Below are positions 1 through 9,779 of a DNA stretch of 64,000 bases, piece by piece. Source of the DNA: an uncultured bacterium (lineage in GTDB: Bacteria; Eisenbacteria; RBG-16-71-46; CAIMUX01; WJJG01). The notes beneath the pieces were generated by a model, which was given only the letters and a program-made list of their open reading frames with translations, was not told where the DNA came from and searched no databases. The translations under genes and the position numbers were made by a program. The stretch is from positions 70,666 through 134,665 of the forward strand of contig CAZTDY010000005.1 in the NCBI GenBank assembly GCA_964612295.1, read 5' to 3'. Position 1 is the first letter of the stretch. Each line of letters begins with the position of its first letter.

Positions 1-2106
1 GATCTACCGACGCCAATCTATGGGCAGAAGCTGAGACTGGAAACCGGCCGGATCGCCACGCAGGCCGACGGCGCCATCTGGCTGTCGATCGGCCGCACGG
101 TCATGCTGGTGACCGCGGTCAGCCAGCACAAGCCGGCCACCCATCTGGACTTCTTCCCGCTCACGGTCGAGTACCGCGAACGGATGGCGGCCGCCGGGCG
201 CGTGCCGGGCGGCTTCCTCAGACGGGAAACCCGTCCTTCGAACCATGAAATTCTGGGCTCACGGATCATCGACCGCAGCATCCGGCCCTCCTTCCCGAAG
301 AAGTACCGCTGCGAAACCCAACTGCTGGCGACCGTGCTCAGCTATGAACCGGGCGCCGACACGCAGGCGCTGGGCATCACCGCTGCGTCGGCGGCCCTCA
401 TGATCTCCGACATCCCCTGGACGGGACCGGTGGCCGGGGTGCGGGTGGCCCAGGTCGATGGGAAGCTGATTGCCGCGCCCGGAGCTGCCGAACGCGAGCG
501 GGCCGCGCTGGATCTGATCGTGACCGTCAGCCGGAACGGTCTGGTCATGGTGGAGGGCTCGGCCGACGAGGTGAGCGAAGAGGACCTGATTGCGGCGCTG
601 TCGGTGGCGTCCGAGGCGGCCGAGCCACTCTTGTCGCTTCAGGAGCAGATGCAGGCGGACCTGGGCCGGGAGAAGCGCCCGACCCCGGAGGAGCCGGCCC
701 ACGAGGAGATCTCCAAGATCGCGGCCGAAGGAATCCAGGCGGGCATCGACCAGGTCTTCGCCGGAGGCAACAAACACGAGCGGCGCCTGCGCGAGCGGGA
801 ATTGAAGGAGGCGGTTCTCGAGACGATCGGCGAGCCTGCGGAGGAAACGGATGAGACCGCCGAGCCGGATGTTTCACCGTCCGAGGTCGTCGCCGACGCA
901 CTGCGCACGGAGATTCGCGGCAGAGCGCTCAGGGACCAGCGGCTCGACGGCCGCCGGCCCGATGAAGTTCGCACCATCACCGGCGAGACGTCCCTGTTGC
1001 CCACCGCGCACGGCTCGAGCCTCTTCACCCGGGGGGAGACCCAGGCCGTGGTGACCTGCACGCTGGCGTCGTCCGACTCGGAGCAACTCGTCGAGAGCCT
1101 CCACGGTGTTCACAAGGAGGCTTTTCTCCTGCACTACAACTTCCCGCCCTACTCGGTGGGTGAAGCGCGCCCCATGCGCGGTCCAGGGAGGCGTGAGATC
1201 GGGCACGGCTGGCTTGCGCGCCGAGCGCTCTTGCCGGTTCTGCCGTCCCCCGACAGCTATCCTTATACCATTCGGCTCGATTCGGAGATCACCTCGTCGA
1301 ACGGGTCTTCATCGATGGCCACGGTGTGCGGGTCGAGCCTTGCGCTGATGGATGCGGGGGTTCCCATTGTGAGACCCGTGGCCGGTATCGCCATGGGGTT
1401 GATCTCGGACGGTTCCGACTTCGCGATCCTGACCGACATTCTGGGTGACGAGGATCATCTGGGGGATATGGACTTCAAGGTTGCGGGGACCACCGAGGGC
1501 ATCACGGCGGTCCAACTGGACAACAAACTCGGCAGTCTACCGCCCGAGATCCTGGCCCGGGCCATGACCCAGGCCAAGGATGCGCGCCTTCACATTCTGG
1601 AGCGCATGTCCGAGATCTGCGCCGGGCCGCGCGACGAAGCCCCCTCGCACGCGCCCAAGATGTTCACCCGCAAGATCCGTCCGAGCCGGATTCGCGATCT
1701 GATCGGGGCCGGCGGGCGGACCATCCAGGCCCTGCAGCAGGAGACCGACGTCAAACTCGATGTGGGACAGGACGGGCTGGTGCGCATTCAAGCCGGTCCG
1801 GATGCGAAACTCAAAGAGGCCCTGAAACGAATCGACTTTCTCACGGGTGAGCCGCGCGTTGGCGGGTTCTATCGCGGACGCGTGACCTCAGTTACCGACT
1901 TCGGCTGCTTCGTCGAGATCTTCCAGGGGATCGAGGGGCTGGTGCACGTGAGCGAACTCGATGCGGCCCGGGTGGATGATCCGCGGCAAATCGCCACGGC
2001 GGGCGAGGAGATGCTCGTCAAGGTCCTGGGCACGACGCACGACGGCAAGATCAAGTTGTCCCGCAAAGCCGCCCTGGACGCCGATCCGGCCGACGTCGAC
2101 GGCTAG
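1..2106 (+). CDS. pnp: Polyribonucleotide nucleotidyltransferase (PNPase), 5'-truncated at window edge
   Basis: The frame is open from nt 1 (DLPTPIYGQKLRLETGRIATQADGAIWLS...) with no in-frame start, so the gene begins upstream. It shows two RNase PH-like cores, a KH region and a C-terminal S1 domain (GRVTSVTDFGCFVEI...KVLGTTHDGKIKLSRK). Stop at 2104-2106. Confidence 0.95.
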   Translation, partial: DLPTPIYGQKLRLETGRIATQADGAIWLSIGRTVMLVTAVSQHKPATHLDFFPLTVEYRERMAAAGRVPGGFLRRETRPSNHEILGSRIIDRSIRPSFPKKYRCETQLLATVLSYEPGADTQALGITAASAALMISDIPWTGPVAGVRVAQVDGKLIAAPGAAERERAALDLIVTVSRNGLVMVEGSADEVSEEDLIAALSVASEAAEPLLSLQEQMQADLGREKRPTPEEPAHEEISKIAAEGIQAGIDQVFAGGNKHERRLRERELKEAVLETIGEPAEETDETAEPDVSPSEVVADALRTEIRGRALRDQRLDGRRPDEVRTITGETSLLPTAHGSSLFTRGETQAVVTCTLASSDSEQLVESLHGVHKEAFLLHYNFPPYSVGEARPMRGPGRREIGHGWLARRALLPVLPSPDSYPYTIRLDSEITSSNGSSSMATVCGSSLALMDAGVPIVRPVAGIAMGLISDGSDFAILTDILGDEDHLGDMDFKVAGTTEGITAVQLDNKLGSLPPEILARAMTQAKDARLHILERMSEICAGPRDEAPSHAPKMFTRKIRPSRIRDLIGAGGRTIQALQQETDVKLDVGQDGLVRIQAGPDAKLKEALKRIDFLTGEPRVGGFYRGRVTSVTDFGCFVEIFQGIEGLVHVSELDAARVDDPRQIATAGEEMLVKVLGTTHDGKIKLSRKAALDADPADVDG

Positions 2107-2603
2107 CGCCGGGCGTTCCAGAGAAGGATCCGGTCGGGCGCGATGCGCTCGATCTCGGTGGCGACCTTACCCGTGACAATCGCGAAGTCCCGCGGCAGCA
2201 GTTCGCCCGAATCCAAGATGGCCGTGTCCCCTTGGGCCAGGCGGCGAACGAGTCCGGGCGCCACGTCAAGGAAGGTGATACGCCCGTCCGGCAGCTCGAA
2301 GAAGAAGCGCTTCGGTCCCGCCTCTCGCATGCTCAGATCCGAATCCTTGAGGAGCGAAACCAGCCGGGACTGACCGCCGGCCGAGGCCTTGTCGGCGCGA
2401 AGCTGCTCCTCATGTTGGCGATCTTGGTCGCGTTTGCGTTCTTGTTCCGCCTGATGGGCTTCTTCGCGCTGCCGGCTCTCCGCTTCCAGACCGTCCTGCC
2501 CGAGTTTCTTGCGTTTGACGCGGTCGCCGTGCTTCTTCTGGCGGATCTCCTTGTCGGAGACCAACCCGGCCTTCTTCAATGCGTCGCTCAGATCAGCCAT
2601 CAT
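2103..2603 (-). CDS. DUF2058 (YaiL-like) protein
   Basis: The likely start is MMADLSDALKKAGLV at 2603. It has a lysine/arginine-rich middle and the C-terminal GPKRFFFELPDGRITFLDV...LAQGDTAI block typical of the DUF2058 family. The longer ORF to 2714 overlaps the neighbouring gene. Confidence 0.6.
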   Translation of the reverse strand: MMADLSDALKKAGLVSDKEIRQKKHGDRVKRKKLGQDGLEAESRQREEAHQAEQERKRDQDRQHEEQLRADKASAGGQSRLVSLLKDSDLSMREAGPKRFFFELPDGRITFLDVAPGLVRRLAQGDTAILDSGELLPRDFAIVTGKVATEIERIAPDRILLWNARR

Positions 2604-3484
2604 TGGCCACGCACTTGCCGGTAGATTGTCTTGATCCCGCCCCAGGTCCGCTTCTGTGAGGGAACCAGGAAGTCGCAGGGGTTTGGATCGCAGCGCACAT
2701 CCCAGCCGACCCACACGCCTCCGGTGGCGAGGCAGTCCAGCTCTTCAGAGATTGAACACTCATACCCGAAGCAGCAGACCCGCTCGAACGGAAGCTCGCT
2801 GATGCGCGGGTTCCAGCCGGCCATGTTGAGCCCCGCCGCGGGATAGGATTCCAAGGCCTTAACATGGTTGTCCAAACCGTTCATGTAGAAGAGCACCAAC
2901 CCGTGAATGGGGTAGGCGCCGAGCCACACGCGGCCGTTTCCACCGAAGGCGGCGAACCAGATCAGGGGCACGACATGGCTGGTTCTCGGCGGGTCGAATT
3001 CGATGCGAATGCCCGTGGTGTCACCCGGGAACTCGACATGCGGGTAGGCGTACCGGCCGGCGTGTCCCCAATCGAGGATCTCCAGGCCTTCGATGTACTC
3101 GATGCCGAACTCGACGATGTGAAGGTCCACGCAGGTCGTATCGGGGAAGACGGCGCACACCCAGAAAAGGCCGGTGGGGCCTAGGCTTCCCGGACCAGTC
3201 TGCACCTCCAGCGTGGGCTCCAGCGCGGTCCCGTAGTGGCAATCGTACATCAGCCGGTAGTATCCGCAGCTGTCCGGGGCGATCTCGGGGCAGGACTCCG
3301 GAAACAGATCGATGTAGTAGGCCGGATCGGTGATGTTCGGATCGTATTCCAGGGTTGGATCGCAATGGACCATCAGGTAGCCGCCCTCGTTGGATCCCAT
3401 TGCGGCGCAAGGCGCGCTGGCGACTAGGAGCATTCCGGCGACCGTCAAAAGCAAGCACATCCATTTGCCTATACGTGTGCGCAT
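2600..3484 (-). CDS. Secreted cysteine-rich protein with conserved Cys-rich C-terminal module
   Basis: N-terminal signal peptide (MRTRIGKWMCLLLTVAGMLLVASAPCAAMG). The C-terminal 61 aa, VCCFGYECSISEELDCLATGGVWVGWDVRCDPNPCDFLVPSQKRTWGGIKTIYRQVRGQ, share the motif found at the C-termini of the 43807..45231 and 62501..63301 products. The body resembles the 62501 protein loosely. Confidence 0.7.
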   Translation of the reverse strand: MRTRIGKWMCLLLTVAGMLLVASAPCAAMGSNEGGYLMVHCDPTLEYDPNITDPAYYIDLFPESCPEIAPDSCGYYRLMYDCHYGTALEPTLEVQTGPGSLGPTGLFWVCAVFPDTTCVDLHIVEFGIEYIEGLEILDWGHAGRYAYPHVEFPGDTTGIRIEFDPPRTSHVVPLIWFAAFGGNGRVWLGAYPIHGLVLFYMNGLDNHVKALESYPAAGLNMAGWNPRISELPFERVCCFGYECSISEELDCLATGGVWVGWDVRCDPNPCDFLVPSQKRTWGGIKTIYRQVRGQ

Positions 3485-3671
3485 GGCAGACCTCCTATCA
3501 CCATTGTTTCTGAGGGCGCCCCATCTTCGTCAACTATAAGTTGCACTATAGACAGGGCTACGGTCAATCTCCGATTCCGGGAGTTGCCCTGGCAGGCCCA
3601 CCGCGTATGATGCCCTCGCTGTTGGCTGTGACTCTATAAGTCTTTCAGAGAGCCTTGAGGGGAAGCGGTTT

Positions 3672-5714
3672 ATGCCCAACTCACCAGCGCCTACCTTGCG
3701 TTTTCTATTCCTATTGATCTGGCTTCTGGCCGGTTTTGCCGGGCCCGCGTTGGGGCAGGATCAGCCAGCGACCTGCCCAACCGGCGTGGGCGGGTTGCCG
3801 GAGGTCACCGGGAGGGGGCTCTCACCGGAGGCGATTCTCGGGCACCTCGAGGCCGACCTCGCCGAGGACTGGAAGAGCGGCGATCTGGTGACGCTCTTCG
3901 ACAGCACCCGCGTCGAGGTGGAGCTCTCCGGGTTGACGCACCGGTATCACCGCCGCTTGGTCAAGGTGATGTCGGAGGCGGGCGGCCGCCAGATGGCCTC
4001 GATCCGATTCGACTACGACCCGGCCTCGAACCTGATCGAAATCCGCCGGGTGCGCATCCATCGAACCGACGGACGGTATGAGGACATCGATCCCGCGCGC
4101 GCCCAGGACGGCTTCGCGCCCGCTCACTCGATCTACTGGGGCGCGCGCATGAAGGTGATCGCCCTGCCGCGTCTGCGTCCGGGGGATGTCGTCGAGACCA
4201 TCACCTACAAGAAGGGTTTCCTGATCGCCTACCTGCTGGAAACCGGCGAGGAAGATGAGCGCTACATCCCTCCGATGCGTGGCCACTTCTATGACTCGAT
4301 CCTCTTCGGCGAAGGCCATCCCTTCAAGATCAAGCACTACGAGGTGATCCTCGATCGGGAGAAGCCTCTGCAATTCGCCACCTACAACGGTGAGATCTAC
4401 GCTGCGCAAACCTTCACCGACAGCACGCTCACCTATCAATGGTGGTCGATCGATCAGGACGCGGTCACCTACGAACCGCGTCAGCCGGGCCGAAGCGACT
4501 TCGTCCCCAAGGTGGTCATGGCCACCGTGGATGACTGGCCGGAGAAGTCTCGCTGGTTCTTCGAGGTCAACGATCCGGTGTTCGCCTGGAACGAAGCGAT
4601 CCAGGCCAAGGTCGATGAACTCACCGAAGGTCTGAAGTCTCCGGAAGAGGAGTATGCCGTCCTGACCCACTGGGTGGCGGACAACATCCGCTACTCCGGC
4701 CTCAGCATGGGCAAGGGTGAAGGCTATACGATTCATCCGAGCACGATGACCTGGAACGAGCGCTGCGGTGTGTGCAAGGACATCGCCGGCATGCTCGTGA
4801 CCTTCCTGCGCGCCGCCGGCTACACGAGCTACCCGGCGATGACCATGGCCGGCTCGCGGGTGGAGCCGGTTCCCGCCGACCAGTTCAATCACTGCGTCGT
4901 GGCCGTGCGGCAGGACGACGGGGGTTATGTGATGCTCGATCCGACCTGGGTGCCGCGGTCGCGGGATGTCTGGTCGAAGGCGGAGGGGGAGCAGCACTAT
5001 GTGATTGGCTCCCCGGAGGGTGAGGAGCTCACCGCGATCCGCACCTTTGAAGCGCAAGAGAGTCCTCTGCATGTGGAACTGAACACCAAGATCGAGAAGA
5101 CCGGTGACCTGCGCGGCGAGATCACGTTGGTGGGTGAAGGGTATCTCGATTCAAGGCTGCGCAGAATGTTGGCAGGCGAGAACCGGCGGGACTGGGATCG
5201 CCGGATGGTGCGGCTTCTGCGCGCCATTTCGCCGGCCGTCCAGATCACCGAGAGCGAGTATGCCGACTTTCGCGACTACCGCGAACCGATGCGATGCAGC
5301 GCGCGCTTCCACATCCCAGGTTATGCGGCCATCACGGATTCGACCTGCGACTTCAGATCGCCTTCGCTTCGGTTTCTGCAGGGGTGTGGGGGCTTCGTGC
5401 GCTTTATCGGGCTCGCGCCGGTCGAAGACCGCAGCCACCCGGCGCTGTTCTGGGCAACCTCACTGGTGGACATCGAAGAGCGCCTTGAACTGCCCGCGAC
5501 CTACGAGATCGCCGCGGAACCTGAGGATGTCGAACTCGAGTTTGCCTCCGGGAGCTTCCTGACGACGACCGAGACCAAGGGCAAGAGGCGCACCAGCCAC
5601 CTTCGGCTCGCACTGCTCAAACGAACGGTGCCGGCAGATGAGTGGGCCGATCTGGTGACGATCGCGGACACGTTGGACACAATCGCGGAGTCGATGGTCG
5701 CCGGCCGCAAATGA
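3672..5714 (+). CDS. Transglutaminase-like cysteine protease domain protein with DUF3857-like N-terminal region, secreted
   Basis: Signal peptide is present. The Cys-His-Asp core reads NERCGVCKDIAGMLVTFLRAAGY ... FNHCVVAVRQDDGGYVMLDPTW, as in the transglutaminase-like superfamily. Confidence 0.75.
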   Translation: MPNSPAPTLRFLFLLIWLLAGFAGPALGQDQPATCPTGVGGLPEVTGRGLSPEAILGHLEADLAEDWKSGDLVTLFDSTRVEVELSGLTHRYHRRLVKVMSEAGGRQMASIRFDYDPASNLIEIRRVRIHRTDGRYEDIDPARAQDGFAPAHSIYWGARMKVIALPRLRPGDVVETITYKKGFLIAYLLETGEEDERYIPPMRGHFYDSILFGEGHPFKIKHYEVILDREKPLQFATYNGEIYAAQTFTDSTLTYQWWSIDQDAVTYEPRQPGRSDFVPKVVMATVDDWPEKSRWFFEVNDPVFAWNEAIQAKVDELTEGLKSPEEEYAVLTHWVADNIRYSGLSMGKGEGYTIHPSTMTWNERCGVCKDIAGMLVTFLRAAGYTSYPAMTMAGSRVEPVPADQFNHCVVAVRQDDGGYVMLDPTWVPRSRDVWSKAEGEQHYVIGSPEGEELTAIRTFEAQESPLHVELNTKIEKTGDLRGEITLVGEGYLDSRLRRMLAGENRRDWDRRMVRLLRAISPAVQITESEYADFRDYREPMRCSARFHIPGYAAITDSTCDFRSPSLRFLQGCGGFVRFIGLAPVEDRSHPALFWATSLVDIEERLELPATYEIAAEPEDVELEFASGSFLTTTETKGKRRTSHLRLALLKRTVPADEWADLVTIADTLDTIAESMVAGRK

Positions 5715-5737
5715 TGCGAGATGAGGGAGTGACGCCC

Positions 5738-7687
5738 ATGAAGGCGAGAGCCGCCACGATCAGCCTGTTCCTTCTGGTCATCCTGGGAGCACCGACGAGC
5801 GCCCGGGCCGACCTCGCGCCCCTCCTCGAACCGGATGAGGTGCGCGCGCTGGTTGCCGAGCACGCCGCCGCCGAATTCCCCGAGGAGGATGCCGTCGTTC
5901 TCTTCATGGGCGAGCGCGTGCGTCTGGAGCCGGACGGGTCGATCGCCCGCCGGACCCAACGGATCGTCCTCTTGCAGACCGAGCGGGCCATCGGCGCGCT
6001 CGGCGACCCCCGGGTGACCTTCAATCGGCGTCATCAGGAACTGCTGATCCACCGCTGCCGAACGTACGTCCCGGGAGGGATCGAGGTGGATGCCACCGAT
6101 CACGCCTTCAACCCCGTGACCCCGGATGCCGTCGCGCGTTGCCCGGATCGGATGTTCCATCAAGACATGGTGATCACCCATGTCGGCATCGAACGCGGTT
6201 GCGTGATCGAACTCGACACCGAGATTCGGGACCTGAAGCCCCATCAGGCCTGGCTCGAGGGGGAGGTCTTTCTCCACGAGCCGTACCCGGTTCTGGATCG
6301 GTTCCTGGAGATCGAGACGCCCGATCACGTCACGTTGCACTATGAGCTTTCGCGCCTGCAGGGCGGCCCGGAGCTGCATCAGGAACAGGGGCGGGCCCAT
6401 CACATCTGGCACTTCGGCCTCCTGCCGGGGGTCCGTGAGTCGGACGACGGTTACGGCGGACGATTGGCCCGCGGCCGGCTGCTCTACAGCACCTGCCCCA
6501 GCTGGGAGTATCTGGCCCGGCGAACGTGGGAACAGATCGACTCGGCCGCCCAACCCGACACGTTGATGGCCACGTTTGTGAACTCGGCCGAGCTCAAAGG
6601 GGCCGGCGAACTGGAACAGGCCCGGGAGATCCTGAGCGTCCTCTCCTCTCAGACGAGGCGGGCCAACGTTCGGCCGTTTGCCGGGCTCCCGAATCCCCGC
6701 AGTGCCGCGGAGACGTTCGTGTTTCGATGTGGCGATCCATGGGATCGGACCAGTCTTGCGATCGCCGCGCTTGGAATGGTCGATCTCGGCGTGGTCACGA
6801 CGCTGCGCGCCAATGCACGCGACGTCAAGAAAGGCGTGCCCATGATGGGCCAGTTCTCCGAGGTCTGGTTGCAGGCCCAGGTTGATGGGGAAACCGTGCT
6901 CTTGGACCCGGTGAGCGGCCACCTCGAGTCGCCGGTCTCCGTCGCGCGGCCCTTCCTGATTCTGGGTGAACGGGGGCTCGAATGGCGCGAGGAATCGGCC
7001 GGGCAGGGCCTGAGCCGACTGTGGGTCGACCTGGCGATGGAATCGGGAGGTGCGGTTGCCGGCCACGTCGACTTGCGGCTCGAAGGCGTCCAGTGGCGCT
7101 GGTCCGACCACGACGGCCCGGGCGACTTGGCCGATGAGGTTGCGGCCCAGATTCTCCCGGGATCCACGCGCGGTGAAGTGGATGTTCGCTGGTTTGGTCC
7201 CGATCGATGCGACCTCCGGTTCGAGGTTGAAGCGCCCTCGCTCGGCGAGCGTGACGGCTCGCGCACCTACGTGCGCCTTCCGGCTCCGCCGGCCGGGATT
7301 GCCGAGGCCATCGGTGGATACGGTCTCGATCGGACAGCGCGAAGCAGCCCGCTTTTCCTACCTGCTCCGATGGAGGAGGTGGTGAAGTGGCGTCTCCGTC
7401 TGCCCGAGGGGATCGAACCGGTCTACCTGCCCGCGGCGGCGGATGAGGACACCCGCGCTGCCCGTTTCGCCATGACGATTGAACGGATAGCGCGTCCCGC
7501 CGACGCGTGGTCGCGCCCGGATGAACGCGAGGCGCGCGGGGAGGAGATTCAAGTCAACTGGACCGCCGGCCTTCCCATGGCCGAGATTCCTCCGGCGCGG
7601 TACCTGGAGCTGAAGAAGGTGATCGGGCGGTATCAAGCTGAGAACCAGCGGCTTCTGATCCTGGGGGGATGGCCCGAGGGGGACTAG
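5738..7687 (+). CDS. DUF3857/transglutaminase-like paralog, probably catalytically degenerate, secreted
   Basis: Start MKARAATISLFLLVILGAPTSARA (signal peptide) at 5738, 24 nt after the upstream stop. It retains the Cys box (FRCGDPWDRTSLAIAAL) but the His position is altered (FSEVWLQAQVDGETVLLDP). It sits in tandem with the 3672 gene. Confidence 0.65.
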   Translation: MKARAATISLFLLVILGAPTSARADLAPLLEPDEVRALVAEHAAAEFPEEDAVVLFMGERVRLEPDGSIARRTQRIVLLQTERAIGALGDPRVTFNRRHQELLIHRCRTYVPGGIEVDATDHAFNPVTPDAVARCPDRMFHQDMVITHVGIERGCVIELDTEIRDLKPHQAWLEGEVFLHEPYPVLDRFLEIETPDHVTLHYELSRLQGGPELHQEQGRAHHIWHFGLLPGVRESDDGYGGRLARGRLLYSTCPSWEYLARRTWEQIDSAAQPDTLMATFVNSAELKGAGELEQAREILSVLSSQTRRANVRPFAGLPNPRSAAETFVFRCGDPWDRTSLAIAALGMVDLGVVTTLRANARDVKKGVPMMGQFSEVWLQAQVDGETVLLDPVSGHLESPVSVARPFLILGERGLEWREESAGQGLSRLWVDLAMESGGAVAGHVDLRLEGVQWRWSDHDGPGDLADEVAAQILPGSTRGEVDVRWFGPDRCDLRFEVEAPSLGERDGSRTYVRLPAPPAGIAEAIGGYGLDRTARSSPLFLPAPMEEVVKWRLRLPEGIEPVYLPAAADEDTRAARFAMTIERIARPADAWSRPDEREARGEEIQVNWTAGLPMAEIPPARYLELKKVIGRYQAENQRLLILGGWPEGD

Positions 7688-7690
7688 CCG

Positions 7691-9676
7691 CTACTCGATA
7701 TACCCCAGGCTCTTCAGCCGTTGCAGCTGACGGTCGTCCAGCTGCAACGATCCGTCTTCCCCGCTTCGGAGAACGGCCTCCTGAATATCCCGCGCCGCGG
7801 CCAGCTCCAGGCGCAGGATCTCCCGGAACTGGGCAAGGCAGGCCGGTTCCTCGGCCGGGAGGAGATTGTGCTCTTCTCCCGGATCGGCGGCCAGGTCATA
7901 GAGGTGCTCGGCGGCGGGATCGATCACCGCTCGGGTTTCTTTGCCGGTCGAGCAGATGTACTTCCAGTGCTCGGTCCGAATGCTGGTGGCGTGTACGGCG
8001 AATCCCATGCTGCGCGGATGGAGGATCTGAGCCGGCGTTGCCGCCGAGTCCGCTTCCTCGCCGCCGAAACCCAGGAACGGGGTAAGGCTCCTTCCCTGGA
8101 GGATGCCGGTCTTCTCCAGGCCGGCCAGATCGAGCACGGTGGGTACGAGGTCGACGAGCTGAACCAACTCCGCGCTCTTCGCCGCACTCTCCTGTTCGGG
8201 CAGCCGGATGAGCAGGGGCACGTGGAGCGACTCATCGTAGAGATCCAGATGGAGAGGCTTGCCGTGCTCGAAGAACTCCTCGCCGTGATCGGAGGTCAAG
8301 ATCACCACCGTGTTGGTTGAGAGATTCAGCGCCTCGAGCGTGTCGAACAGGCCGCCCAGAGCATCGTCCGCATAGGCGATCCCGCCATCGTAGTACGAGA
8401 TCACGTCTTCCAGGTCAGCCGCGGCCATGGGCGTGTCCACGTTGCCGAACCCATAGTCGCGGAGGAGTTCCGAGGCGCAGTGGCCGTTGGGTCCACAACC
8501 CGAGAACCGCGCCCGGGGCGGGTCGCTCAGAAACTCCGTCTGGAAAGGGGCGGGCTCCTCGTAGGGGAGCCGGTGGATATCGGAGTGGATGTCGAAGAGG
8601 TGCAGGAACAGGAAGAAGGTTGTCTCCTGGTGCCAGGTGAGCCACTTGAGAGCCTGGGCGATCTGGGGCTTTGCCGTACCGGTCTTGTGATGGACATAGG
8701 ACCAGCGGACTTTGTCACCGGTGCGCAAGAGCAGACCCCGTAGGAGCGGATGCGGATAGGGAGGATGGACGTAGTCCGCGAAACCCTGGGCGAATCCTCG
8801 GCGTTTTCCGATGTAGGAGGAGGCATCGCCGCCGACAAAGGCCCCGGCGCGATAGCCGTCCCCCTCCAATCGTTCGGCCAGGGTCGTGAATTGGGGGCTC
8901 AGGCGACTGCGATCCGCAACCAGGGCGAGGGCGAGGGGCGAGACACCGGTGAGCATCGAGGCGTGGGACGGCAAGGTCCAATGCGATTGAGCATACGCGT
9001 TCTCAAAGAGCGTTGCCCCTTGTGCCCAGCGGTCGATCACCGGCGAGGTGTCTTGCCCGTAGCCATAACATCCCAGGTGATCGGCACGGAGCGTATCGAG
9101 TGAGATCAGGATGATATTCGGCCGAGCCCCGGCCTCCGCGACAGCCGGGCGTTGCCATCCGAGAAAGGTGCCCAACCCGCACGCCACTGCACTCGCCGCC
9201 AGCCAGAGGGGTAGTCGTCGCAGCGCAGGACCCCACCTCCCGGTGGCCGAGGCGCCAAAGCGCTTCGGCAGGAGCCAGAGGATGACTGCGATGCTCAGGC
9301 TGCCCACCGCAATCAAGATCAAGGCCGCCTTCCACGAGACGCCGGGCAGGCTTCCCGCGGGCTGCGCCTCTTCAACCAGAAGGAAGGCGATAGCTCCGAG
9401 CACGCCCCCGCCGAACAGGGCCCGGAACCAACGCACCGCCGCACTGCGCGTCGCCCATCCGAAGAAGCGGGCCACGGGATGAAGAACGAGTACCACGGCC
9501 AGCAGCGCAACCGCATCGAAGGCCATGCTGAGGAGGATCGCGCCGAGGCGCAGCGAAGCATCCCCCGCCACGGCGGGCAGGAGGCGCAGGCTCAAGTAGC
9601 CGTCGATGAAACCGACCCAGAGCCCGATGCAGAGCCAGCTGAGCAGCCACCTCCGAGTCTGTGGGGAAGGAACCAT
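7691..9676 (-). CDS. Alkaline-phosphatase-superfamily (sulfatase-like) membrane hydrolase/transferase, LtaS/EptA-like
   Basis: Start MVPSPQTRRWLLSWL at 9676. The N-terminal region has about 6 TM helices. The periplasmic domain reads IILISLDTLRADHLGCYGY...SHWTLPSHASMLTG, with Thr and His in place of the formylglycine Cys and the Arg of true sulfatases. This favours a phospho-transferase such as LtaS, MdoB or EptA over a sulfatase. Confidence 0.7.
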   Translation of the reverse strand: MVPSPQTRRWLLSWLCIGLWVGFIDGYLSLRLLPAVAGDASLRLGAILLSMAFDAVALLAVVLVLHPVARFFGWATRSAAVRWFRALFGGGVLGAIAFLLVEEAQPAGSLPGVSWKAALILIAVGSLSIAVILWLLPKRFGASATGRWGPALRRLPLWLAASAVACGLGTFLGWQRPAVAEAGARPNIILISLDTLRADHLGCYGYGQDTSPVIDRWAQGATLFENAYAQSHWTLPSHASMLTGVSPLALALVADRSRLSPQFTTLAERLEGDGYRAGAFVGGDASSYIGKRRGFAQGFADYVHPPYPHPLLRGLLLRTGDKVRWSYVHHKTGTAKPQIAQALKWLTWHQETTFFLFLHLFDIHSDIHRLPYEEPAPFQTEFLSDPPRARFSGCGPNGHCASELLRDYGFGNVDTPMAAADLEDVISYYDGGIAYADDALGGLFDTLEALNLSTNTVVILTSDHGEEFFEHGKPLHLDLYDESLHVPLLIRLPEQESAAKSAELVQLVDLVPTVLDLAGLEKTGILQGRSLTPFLGFGGEEADSAATPAQILHPRSMGFAVHATSIRTEHWKYICSTGKETRAVIDPAAEHLYDLAADPGEEHNLLPAEEPACLAQFREILRLELAAARDIQEAVLRSGEDGSLQLDDRQLQRLKSLGYIE

Positions 9677-9779
9677 GCTCTCAATCCATTCATCCAAGCG
9701 GCATTCCGACGATCTCAAGTGAGCATCGTAGCACGGTAGCGGAGACGGTCCCACATGTCCATGGAGTTGCCCCGGAGGG

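Noticed and set aside
5501-7111. 536-aa minus-strand ORF, with similar antisense ORFs at 3822..5072, 15859..18081, 35844..36905, 43843..45396, 20702..21760, 28081..29055 and 12192-region counterparts
   Set aside because: All lie opposite genes with strong family signatures (transglutaminase-like, guaB, argS, LTD protein, etc.), lack recognisable domains and are compositionally biased. They are treated as GC-driven artefacts.
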